Assembly: GCA_902787375.1 (NCBI GenBank)
Contig: CADAGD010000018.1
Span: 9,022-73,021, forward strand
DNA: 64,000 nt
DNA from: an uncultured Eubacteriales bacterium
GTDB lineage: Bacteria > Bacillota > Clostridia > Christensenellales > CAG-138
Direction: 5' to 3'
The position numbers were made by a program, and so were the translations under genes. This document shows, piece by piece, positions 54,859 through 62,019 of the stretch; the stretch's first letter is position 1, and every line of letters begins with the position of its first letter. Under the pieces are notes generated by a model. The model worked only from the letters and a program-made list of their open reading frames with translations, was not told the origin of the DNA and ran no database searches.

Positions 54859-55567
54859 TGTTTTCCTCCAATATCTTTTTTACCGCCTCCGCAGCAAGCG
54901 TGATGCCGAATACGGAGGGGACAAACGGTACTGAAGCGGGAGTGGACCGCTTCATCTCCGGGTCGGGCGCGGGTATTACATGAGCTTTCGGCTCCTCAAT
55001 GGAATAAACAACCGTTAGCGACTTAATTCCGCGCGCCCTCAGCTCACGCCGCATAACGCGAGCCAGCGGGTCTATTGAGGTCTTATAAATATCCGTCACG
55101 CGAACGGCGGTAGGATCAAGCCTGTTGCCTGCGCCCATTGACGACAGTATCGGTATGCCGAGCCTTGCGCACTCGGTTATGAGCGCAAGCTTCGCCGTTA
55201 CGTTATCGACCGCGTCTATAACGACCGAGGCGTCATGCGGTATCAGCGAAGCCGCATTATCCGCCGTAACAAACTCCGAAACGGCTGTGACCCTGCAATC
55301 GGATACCTCCTCTACGCAGCCCTTGATTGCTGCCGCCTTAGGCATACCTATGGTAGTCTTTTTTGCGCAGAGCTGTCTGTTCAGATTGCTTGCCTTTACG
55401 CAGGCATTGTCCACGACCGTGAGCCTGCCTACTCCGGCGCGGGCAAGCGCGTCGCAGGCGTGACCTCCGACTCCGCCCGTTCCGAAAACAGCGACATGCG
55501 CCCTCTCAAGTATGCCCTCGGCTTCAGCTCCGAGAAGCATTGCCGTTCGATAAAAGCTTTCTTTCAT
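54851..55567 (-). CDS. tcdA: tRNA threonylcarbamoyladenosine dehydratase (ThiF/E1-like)
   Basis: Rossmann motif VAVFGTGGVGGHACDALARAGVGRLTVVDNACVKASNLNRQ in a 238-aa protein. Confidence 0.85.
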   Translation of the reverse strand: MKESFYRTAMLLGAEAEGILERAHVAVFGTGGVGGHACDALARAGVGRLTVVDNACVKASNLNRQLCAKKTTIGMPKAAAIKGCVEEVSDCRVTAVSEFVTADNAASLIPHDASVVIDAVDNVTAKLALITECARLGIPILSSMGAGNRLDPTAVRVTDIYKTSIDPLARVMRRELRARGIKSLTVVYSIEEPKAHVIPAPDPEMKRSTPASVPFVPSVFGITLAAEAVKKILEENNV

Positions 55568-55739
55568 TCAGAATAATACCTCAAAGTTAAAATCCCACAT
55601 TTATATTATACTGTTTTTTTCAAGAAAATCAAGCCTTTTTCAAAAAGAGTCCTCTCGTGCCGTTATGACGCCGACTTTGCCCGTCTGCATTCATTTAATA
55701 TTCGACTCAAGATGATTTTATTTTTTACATTAGTTTTTG

Positions 55740-55768
55740 TTGCAAACGGCAATTTCATATGCTATAAT
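55740..55768 (+). promoter_or_regulatory. Sigma-A-type promoter placed for a leaderless acyltransferase mRNA
   Basis: TTGCAA, 17 nt, TATAAT. The ATG (55775) begins 7 nt after the -10 box. Confidence 0.5.
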
Positions 55769-55774
55769 GGAGGC

Positions 55775-57076
55775 ATGAAACAGAAGAATGAAAAACATCG
55801 TCATATAAAAATATCGTGGCTTCCGCTCGATAACGCCGCCAAGATATACCCTCCCGCTATGACGGAGGGTTGGAACGCGCTGTTCAGGGTTTCGGTAACG
55901 CTCAATGAGCCCGTGGACCGTCAGATATTGAAGCGTGCGCTTCTCAAAACGATAGCCAGATTTCCGAACTTCGCCATGCAGCTCAGGCGAGGATTTTTCT
56001 GGTATTATCTTGACAAGCTTGACGGCGCTCCTGAGATACAGGACGACGTTCAGAATCCCTGTGCGCGAATGCGTTTTTCCGAGAACGGAGGCTTTGCCTT
56101 CAGGGTTCGCTGCTATAACAGGAGAATAGCTGTCGAGATATTTCACGTTATAACCGACGGAGGCGGAGGGCTTTCCTTTTTAAAGACGCTCACGGCGGAG
56201 TATCTGACTTTGAAATACGGAGTTGAAATACCGCGAGCCGGCGATCTTCTCGACTGCAATGACGCTGTTTCTCCCGAAGAGATAGCCGACGGCTTTCCCA
56301 AATACGCTGGGCCGAAGTCCGTATCGGAGCCGGCATGTACCGCCTATCATCTCAACGGCACTCCCGATCCCGACTTTCTTCACGTCACAACGGGTATATT
56401 GGATGCGGCGGAAATATCCTCGCGGGCAAAGGCTCTCGGCGCAACCGTGACCGAATATCTGACGACCGTGCTGCTCTTTGCCGCCTCCGATTGGAAGAAG
56501 GCGCGCTCCGAGTTCAGGCAGAAGCGGCGTCCCGTAAAGGTGACCGTTCCCGTGAATCTGCGGAAGGTTTTCGGCTGTAAGACGCTGCGTAATTTTGCCA
56601 ATTACGCCAATGTCGGGCTTGATACCCGTCTTGGTGAGTACAGCTTTGAGGAAGCGGTAAAGATAGTGCATCACCAGCTCAAACTTGAAACCGACCCCCA
56701 CAGGCTTGCCGCCAAGATAGCGAGCAACGTCAATATAGAAAAGAACGTGTTCATGCGGCTTGTTCCGCTTTTCATAAAAAACCCCATAATGAGCCTTGCG
56801 TATCGCGTGGAGGGCGACCGAAAAAGCACGACCTGCCTTTCAAATCTCGGTCGTGTGGAGCTTCCCGAACAGATGTGCCCGTATGTGGAACGCTTTGATT
56901 TCATGCTCGGCTCGCTCATAGAGAATCCGGTCGCATCGGCAGCGGTGAGCTATGATGGGAAGCTTGCTATAAACTTCACCCGAACCATTGAGGAAACATT
57001 CCTTGAGCGGGCTTTTTTCACAAGACTTGTGAAGATGGGCATACATGTGAAGCTTGAAAGCAATCAGGGCAATTAA
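55775..57076 (+). CDS. HxxxD-motif acyltransferase (alcohol acetyltransferase / condensation-domain-like)
   Basis: The catalytic motif HVITDGGG (HxxxDG) is present, with N-terminal LDNAAKIYP. The ATG lies 7 nt after a TATAAT box, so the mRNA may be leaderless. Confidence 0.7.
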   Translation: MKQKNEKHRHIKISWLPLDNAAKIYPPAMTEGWNALFRVSVTLNEPVDRQILKRALLKTIARFPNFAMQLRRGFFWYYLDKLDGAPEIQDDVQNPCARMRFSENGGFAFRVRCYNRRIAVEIFHVITDGGGGLSFLKTLTAEYLTLKYGVEIPRAGDLLDCNDAVSPEEIADGFPKYAGPKSVSEPACTAYHLNGTPDPDFLHVTTGILDAAEISSRAKALGATVTEYLTTVLLFAASDWKKARSEFRQKRRPVKVTVPVNLRKVFGCKTLRNFANYANVGLDTRLGEYSFEEAVKIVHHQLKLETDPHRLAAKIASNVNIEKNVFMRLVPLFIKNPIMSLAYRVEGDRKSTTCLSNLGRVELPEQMCPYVERFDFMLGSLIENPVASAAVSYDGKLAINFTRTIEETFLERAFFTRLVKMGIHVKLESNQGN

Positions 57077-57099
57077 TTGTTATACATTGGAGGTTATAA

Positions 57100-57804
57100 A
57101 TGTCATACTGTGTAAACTGCGGAGTGGAGCTTGGCGCGTCGGAGAAGCACTGTCCTCTCTGCGGAGTTGAGGTAATTAATCCGGCTGTCCGCTTCGACGC
57201 CGGCGCGGAGAAGCCTTTCCCCATGGATATAGAGAAGGTGCGTCACAAGCTTGTAAGGATAGCCGCCGCCCGCATTCTCGGAGTGCTTCTTGCGATACCG
57301 TTTATATCAATACTGCTTGTCGATCTTGTGCAGGACGGAGCATTGACCTGGTCGCTGATTCCGGCGTCCGCAATAGCTCTTGCGTTCATGCTCGCCGTGT
57401 TCCCCTGTCTTTTCAGCAAGCCCCGCGTATGGTTCTTCATACTCATGGGAACATTGGAGATCGCATTGTTCCTGTTTGTGCTTCTGATGATACTCGGCGG
57501 AAGCTGGTATTACCTGTTTGCGCTTCCCATAACCTTTCTGACGGGCGCGGCTCTGACGGGCGGCTGTCTGATAATCACGGCTCGAAAGGTTTGGCTTCCG
57601 CTCAAGGTGATTATAGTGTTTCTCATACTCATGGTCTATGTGATAGTGCTTCAAATGCTGATAGAGATATATCTGCGCGGATGTATAAAGCTCGACTGGT
57701 CGCTCTATGCGGGAGTTTCCTGCGGACTTCTGAGCCTTGCCGCGCTCATAGTGGGACGCCTTGTACAGAGGAACGAAAACTTCCGCAAGCAAATGTTCTT
57801 CTAA
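57100..57804 (+). CDS. Zinc-ribbon membrane protein (DUF6320-like)
   Basis: The N-terminus reads CVNCG...HCPLCG (CxxC...CxxC) and is followed by about 5 TM helices. GGAGG lies upstream. Confidence 0.7.
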   Translation: MSYCVNCGVELGASEKHCPLCGVEVINPAVRFDAGAEKPFPMDIEKVRHKLVRIAAARILGVLLAIPFISILLVDLVQDGALTWSLIPASAIALAFMLAVFPCLFSKPRVWFFILMGTLEIALFLFVLLMILGGSWYYLFALPITFLTGAALTGGCLIITARKVWLPLKVIIVFLILMVYVIVLQMLIEIYLRGCIKLDWSLYAGVSCGLLSLAALIVGRLVQRNENFRKQMFF

Positions 57805-57873
57805 GGCAAACAGCTCCCTCCGTCCCTGCCGCTTTTGACAATCCCGACAAAACAAATATACTTTATTAAGGGC

Positions 57874-57902
57874 TTGACATTCCCCTTCATCTGCTCTATA
57901 AT
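57874..57902 (+). promoter_or_regulatory. Sigma-A-type promoter of tRNA-Arg
   Basis: TTGACA, 17 nt, TATAAT, ending 16 nt upstream of the tRNA. Confidence 0.65.
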
Positions 57903-57918
57903 ACCTTATTGTTGAGAT

Positions 57919-57995
57919 GCGCCCTTGGCTCAGCTGGATAGAGCGTTTGGCTACGGACCAGAAGGTCGGGGGTTCGAATCCCTCAGGGCGCGCCA
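57919..57995 (+). tRNA. tRNA-Arg (ACG)
   Basis: 77 nt: GCGCCCT...anticodon loop CTACGGA...AGGGCGC-G-CCA. It has its own TTGACA-17-TATAAT promoter. Confidence 0.9.
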
Positions 57996-57997
57996 AT

Positions 57998-58040
57998 AGC
58001 GAAAATCCTGTCGATGACAATCGGCGGGATTTTCGCTTTG
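57998..58040 (+). terminator. Intrinsic terminator directly after tRNA-Arg
   Basis: An 18-bp stem (AGCGAAAATCCTGTCGAT / ATCGGCGGGATTTTCGCT, with wobble pairs) has loop GACA and is followed by TTTG. Confidence 0.75.
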
Positions 58041-58134
58041 TATTCTTAAGTTTTAAGTTTTCAGTCTTCATTCTTCGGTTCCCCGACAGGATTTTCTAAA
58101 TGAATACTGAAGACTTAAGACTGAAAAATGAATA
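58041..58134. repeat. Inverted heptamer-repeat tracts (TYTTNAG units) in the tRNA-Arg trailer
   Basis: Six tandem 7-mers lie at 58044-58085 (TCTTAAG TTTTAAG TTTTCAG TCTTCAT TCTTCGG TTCCCCG). An imperfect inverted copy lies at 58098-58134, with a perfect 11-nt core (58058-58068 vs 58117-58127). Confidence 0.7.
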
Positions 58135-58150
58135 AAGGAAGAGAAGATCA

Positions 58151-58768
58151 ATGAATCCTGAGCAGTATTTGAGCAATCCATGTAAGGCGTCATCCCTGCC
58201 GTTTTGGAAAACGAACCTTATCTCTTTGCCGCCGTCTATGTCGATTGTGCGCGATGATTTGTTTCCCGGTCTGCGAGAAGGAAGCTTTGACACCCTGTAT
58301 TTTAAGCTGCTGCATCGGCTCAATGCTTTGTCGCCCTATACTCTTCCCAACGGTTTTTCTTTCACATCAGTTGATGAGCACAGCATGGCTGCCCATATTT
58401 CCCATTGCTACGAGGAAGAGAGCGTTTCCGTTGAGGAATTGAAACAGTATAAGAAACGAAGCGTTTATTCACCCGATTTGTGGATCGGGCTCAAGGAAAA
58501 CGATTCCGGGAAACTTGTCGCAACCGGGATCGCTGAGTTCGACCAAGAGATCAAAGAAGGCGTTCTTGAATGGATTCAGGTATCTCCCGATTTCCGAAGA
58601 CGGGGTCTGGGACGTTTTGTTGTGAATGAGCTGTTGATCCGTCTTGTAAACAGAGCAGATTTTGTCACAGTTTCCGGACGAATGAACAATCCGAATAATC
58701 CCTATGCTCTGTATTTGAACTGCGGTTTTGAAACCCCGGTAATCTGGCATGTGGTTCGGGGGCAATAA
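58151..58768 (+). CDS. GNAT family N-acetyltransferase
   Basis: Acetyl-CoA motif IQVSPDFRRRGLGRFVVNELL. AAAGGAAGAG lies upstream. Confidence 0.75.
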   Translation: MNPEQYLSNPCKASSLPFWKTNLISLPPSMSIVRDDLFPGLREGSFDTLYFKLLHRLNALSPYTLPNGFSFTSVDEHSMAAHISHCYEEESVSVEELKQYKKRSVYSPDLWIGLKENDSGKLVATGIAEFDQEIKEGVLEWIQVSPDFRRRGLGRFVVNELLIRLVNRADFVTVSGRMNNPNNPYALYLNCGFETPVIWHVVRGQ

Positions 58769-58830
58769 CCTCAAGAGTCGGATCCATCTATCAAACACAC
58801 CAATCCATCTTTTTCGTACCCGCTTGCCAG

Positions 58831-58861
58831 AAAAAAACACTACGAAAGCAGTGCTTTTTTT
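58831..58861. terminator. Terminator-like hairpin after the GNAT gene
   Basis: A7-CACTAC-gaaa-GCAGTG-C-T7. Confidence 0.5.
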
Positions 58862-58865
58862 CAAC

Positions 58866-59015
58866 GATGTGTTCCGCTTGCGCGGAACGTGATGTTTCCT
58901 TCGGGCGTGATGCTTGCTTCGCAAGTGATGTACGCTTTGCGCGTGAAAGGCGGAACACATCACATCACTTTGCCGCAAGGCATAACATCACTTGCGCCGC
59001 AGGCGCAAACATCAC
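58866..59015. repeat. Convergent GTGATG / CATCAC motif array with interspersed GC-rich mini-hairpins
   Basis: GTGATG-type motifs start at 58889, 58907, 58925 and 58943 (exact 18-nt phasing). CATCAC occurs at 58958, 58963, 58986 and 59010. A 12-nt perfect inverted repeat pairs 58866-58877 with 58950-58961. Confidence 0.8.
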
Positions 59016-59169
59016 TATATCCCGCGAGTTCGACTTCATCTGTCAAAAACGTGAATTCATCTCCCCATCCCAATCCGACATTGCGGACAAATCCGTCCGT
59101 CAAAGGCAAAAAGTCATATCCGTTGTTATAAAAGCCGCGTCTGCTATGAAAAAGCCGCCGCATTTCAAA

Positions 59170-59198
59170 TTGATTCTTCGTATGCGGTTTGCTATACT
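59170..59198 (+). promoter_or_regulatory. Putative merR-family gene promoter
   Basis: TTGATT, 17 nt, TATACT. Confidence 0.45.
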
Positions 59199-59231
59199 TT
59201 AACCAAGAAAACAAAAAGGAGAATCAATATT

Positions 59232-59675
59232 ATGGATGGAAAATACTGTTTGAACGATCTGGCACTCATGACCGGCTTTACCACCAGAACGCTGCGCAAC
59301 TACATGGCTCAAGGACTTCTGAACGGAGAAAAGACAAACGGCATGTGGCAATTCACCACGGAGGAGATAGAACGCTTCTGTCAAGAGCCTTTCGTGAAGG
59401 AGGGGCTGCGGATAAAGCGCAACAGCGTCGTCTTTGACTTCATGGCAGGCATACATAAGAGCGAGGAGCGTTCTTGCGTCATTCTGGACATTCCCGCCTC
59501 CATGGAAAAGTTCAATAAAATCTCGGCATTCTTCTGTGACAAAATGAATGATGTTGAGGATATTTCGTTCAATTCCGGGTGGGATAAAGGTATCTGCCGC
59601 GTAATCCTTTCCGGCAATGCCGATTCCGTCGCGTATATCATTAGGTCATACTATTCCGCCGAACTTGACGATTGA
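59232..59675 (+). CDS. MerR family transcriptional regulator
   Basis: N-terminal HTH LNDLALMTGFTTRTLRNYMAQGLL. AAAGGAG lies upstream. Confidence 0.8.
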   Translation: MDGKYCLNDLALMTGFTTRTLRNYMAQGLLNGEKTNGMWQFTTEEIERFCQEPFVKEGLRIKRNSVVFDFMAGIHKSEERSCVILDIPASMEKFNKISAFFCDKMNDVEDISFNSGWDKGICRVILSGNADSVAYIIRSYYSAELDD

Positions 59676-59753
59676 TTCCGCTCCTCAATAATATCAAAAA
59701 GAAAAAGCCGTATCAGCAGCCTTTTCTTTTAACCTTTTATAGCATATTTACAT

Positions 59754-61286
59754 TTACTTTATAACCTGCTGCGGTTCATCGGAGTCCTCATGCTTTTTAC
59801 CGGAAAGCATGAGGTTTGTTATAATGCCGAGTATGAGGGCGCAGGCGACCTCGGTCACGGTTATGGTCTGACCTCCGCCGGTTACGAAGCTGAGCGCCAT
59901 ACCACCGACGCCGGATATGAGAATCACCGATACCACAAAGAGGTTGCGATTATCGTTAAGATCGACGGGTTGGAGCATTTTAAGTCCCGAAACCGCTATA
60001 AAGCCATAGAGCGTCATGCAGACGCCGCCCATCACGCACGCGGGAATGGAGTCGAGGAACGCGACGAAGGGAGCGATGAAGGCGACTATCATGGCAAGCA
60101 CGGCGGCATATGTAATGGATATGACGGAGGCATTGCCGGTTATGGCGACACAGCCGATGGATTCGCCGTATGTGGTATTGGGACATCCGCCGAACAGCGC
60201 ACCCGCAAAGGAGCCCACGCCGTCGCCGAGGAGCGTATTGGAGAGTCCCGGATCATCGAGCAGGTCTTTGCCGATTATTGACGAGAGGTTCTTATGGTCA
60301 GCAAGATGCTCCGCGAAAACGACGAAAGCGACGGGAACATAGGCAACCGCTATTGTTCCAATGTACGCGGGAGTGAGAACCTCAAAGCCCTTGAAAGCCT
60401 TTATAGTGACAAAATCGGGTACGGATATGAATGTGCTGAGTCCTACGCCGTTTTCAGCGAGCTTTTTAAAGGGAGTGAAGTCGATTATCTTCAGGGCGTC
60501 AATATTCTGCGCGTTGCCTATCAGCGTAAATACAAGCGCGAGCGCATAGCCCGCCAAAATACCTATTATGAACGGAATGAGCCTTATGCGCTTTTCTCCG
60601 TATGTTGAGCAGATTATGACTACGAACAGCGTGACGAGCGCACAGGCAAGCGCGGCATAGGGAGAAGCCGCCATGACGGTTCCCTTGCTCTGCACGGTGT
60701 AATGGTATACGCCGTTCTCATCGGCAACGGCATATTCGGGAACCTCGGCATACGCTTCGCTGCCGGGAGCGGCATCCACCGTGACATACTCCGTCTTGGG
60801 GTTGACGACGTCGCCCGTCATCATATCTCCGACGGCGTTGCCCGCGAGCGAAAGACCAATAATGGCAACTATCGGGCCAATTACAGCTGCGGGCATTATC
60901 CTGTTTATCCATTTTACGCCAACCATTTTGACGATAACGGAGATTACTGCATAGACCAGAGCCGCGAATGCCGCGCCGATGATTATGCCGAGATACCCCA
61001 TTTCCATTGAAGCCGCACCCGCGAATGCCGCGAACATCGAGGGCAGAAACGCGAACGACGAGCCGAGGAATACCGGACTGCGGAATTTTGTGAAAAGCTG
61101 ATAGATTATAGTGCCGACGCCCGCTCCGAAAAGAGCTGCCGAGGCTGAAAGCTCCGCCCCCGCGACGTTGTTCACGATCGCCGGAACCGCTATGGTCGCC
61201 GCCATTATTGCCAAAAGCTGCTGAAAGGCAAACATCAGGCATTGTAAAAACTTGGGCTTGTCCTTGACGTTGTAGATGAGATTCAT
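59754..61286 (-). CDS. NCS2 family nucleobase:cation symporter (uracil/xanthine permease-like)
   Basis: 510-aa polytopic protein with N-terminal FQQLLAIMAATIAVPAIV and the motif GESIG. Confidence 0.8.
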   Translation of the reverse strand: MNLIYNVKDKPKFLQCLMFAFQQLLAIMAATIAVPAIVNNVAGAELSASAALFGAGVGTIIYQLFTKFRSPVFLGSSFAFLPSMFAAFAGAASMEMGYLGIIIGAAFAALVYAVISVIVKMVGVKWINRIMPAAVIGPIVAIIGLSLAGNAVGDMMTGDVVNPKTEYVTVDAAPGSEAYAEVPEYAVADENGVYHYTVQSKGTVMAASPYAALACALVTLFVVIICSTYGEKRIRLIPFIIGILAGYALALVFTLIGNAQNIDALKIIDFTPFKKLAENGVGLSTFISVPDFVTIKAFKGFEVLTPAYIGTIAVAYVPVAFVVFAEHLADHKNLSSIIGKDLLDDPGLSNTLLGDGVGSFAGALFGGCPNTTYGESIGCVAITGNASVISITYAAVLAMIVAFIAPFVAFLDSIPACVMGGVCMTLYGFIAVSGLKMLQPVDLNDNRNLFVVSVILISGVGGMALSFVTGGGQTITVTEVACALILGIITNLMLSGKKHEDSDEPQQVIK

Positions 61287-61447
61287 TTTTTCTCTCCTTT
61301 GATAGATTTATGCAAAAAGCATATATTCTCCATTATTCTACCATGCGGCGCGATAATTGTAAATGATAATCTGAGCCTGTTTGTATTGTTTTTGTGTGTT
61401 TTTGTTTGAAACCGGAAAATGTCTTTTTTATTGCCGAATGCCTTTAT

Positions 61448-61486
61448 GGGGATTATATCCCCTTAACTTCGGAGATTATAACCCCC
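61448..61486 (+). promoter_or_regulatory. Two direct copies of GG(G/A)GATTATA(T/A)CCCC upstream of the XRE gene (candidate operator)
   Basis: GGGGATTATATCCCC (61448-61462) and GGAGATTATAACCCCC (61471-61486). Each is internally near-palindromic. Confidence 0.3.
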
Positions 61487-61518
61487 ATACTTATTCTTGT
61501 CAATGAGGGGGTGAAAAT

Positions 61519-61722
61519 ATGATCGTTTTTGAAAGGCTTTGGAACGTGATGCGCGAAAAAGGCGTTTCAACATATCAGCTTAGAGAACGCTGCGGAATCG
61601 ACAGCAAAACCATTCGACGTCTTAAAGCAAACGATAACATTGAAACAAAAACGCTGAATAAGCTGTGCGCCGCTCCGGAGTGCCGTCTGGAGGATATTGC
61701 CGAGTATAAGCCCGATTTTTAG
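61519..61722 (+). CDS. XRE-type helix-turn-helix DNA-binding protein
   Basis: 67 aa reading RLWNVMREKGVSTYQLRERCGIDSKTIRRLKANDNIETKTLNKLC. GAGGGGG lies upstream. Confidence 0.8.
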   Translation: MIVFERLWNVMREKGVSTYQLRERCGIDSKTIRRLKANDNIETKTLNKLCAAPECRLEDIAEYKPDF

Positions 61723-61765
61723 TTTGTTAAGGATTATATTAAGTTTTTTATAGAGCCGCCTCTTT

Positions 61766-61797
61766 CGCCTCATCAGTCAGACTGTCAGCTTCACCTC
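61766..61797 (-). repeat. Degenerate third copy of the element (tail and middle only)
   Basis: The minus strand reads GAGGTGAAGCTGACAGTCTGACTGATGAGGCG, which shares AAGCTG.CAG...TCTGACTGATGAGG with copy 2. The first hairpin is not intact. Confidence 0.5.
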
Positions 61798-61976
61798 AAG
61801 TAGACAATGATTAATTAGCGTCTTGAGAATGAGCTGATTTAAAGCATATAGCTTTCAATCGATTTTTGCCGTTCTACCCTGCCGCTTTTCAAAAAAAGTA
61901 CTATCAGAGCTTTCTGATTTAATCAGCATTTACTCAATGGGAAGCCGAGAAAAACGAACTTTGTCAGTAAACCGAA

Positions 61977-62010
61977 CCCCGTCCCATAAGCGGAACGGGG
62001 CTTTGTTTTC
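61977..62010. terminator. Hairpin between the XRE gene (+) and the STAND gene (-)
   Basis: CCCCGTCC...GGAACGGGG stem followed by CTTTGTTTTC. Confidence 0.55.
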
Positions 62011-62019
62011 TGTATTGAA

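Noticed and set aside
57307-58071. 254-aa minus-strand ORF
   Set aside because: It overlaps the DUF6320-like gene in antisense and runs straight through tRNA-Arg and its promoter, so it is not credible.
58469-59202. 169-aa minus-strand and 111-aa plus-strand ORFs across the GTGATG/CATCAC array
   Set aside because: They are mutually overlapping on opposite strands with His/Arg-rich low-complexity translations and no SD. The 18-nt phasing with hairpins is better explained as a non-coding array.
61287-61518. Purine or pyrimidine riboswitch / PyrR site upstream of the NCS2 nucleobase permease
   Set aside because: I read both strands and found none of the conserved purine-riboswitch loop sequences or a PyrR binding hairpin. 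Only an Rfam scan could settle this.
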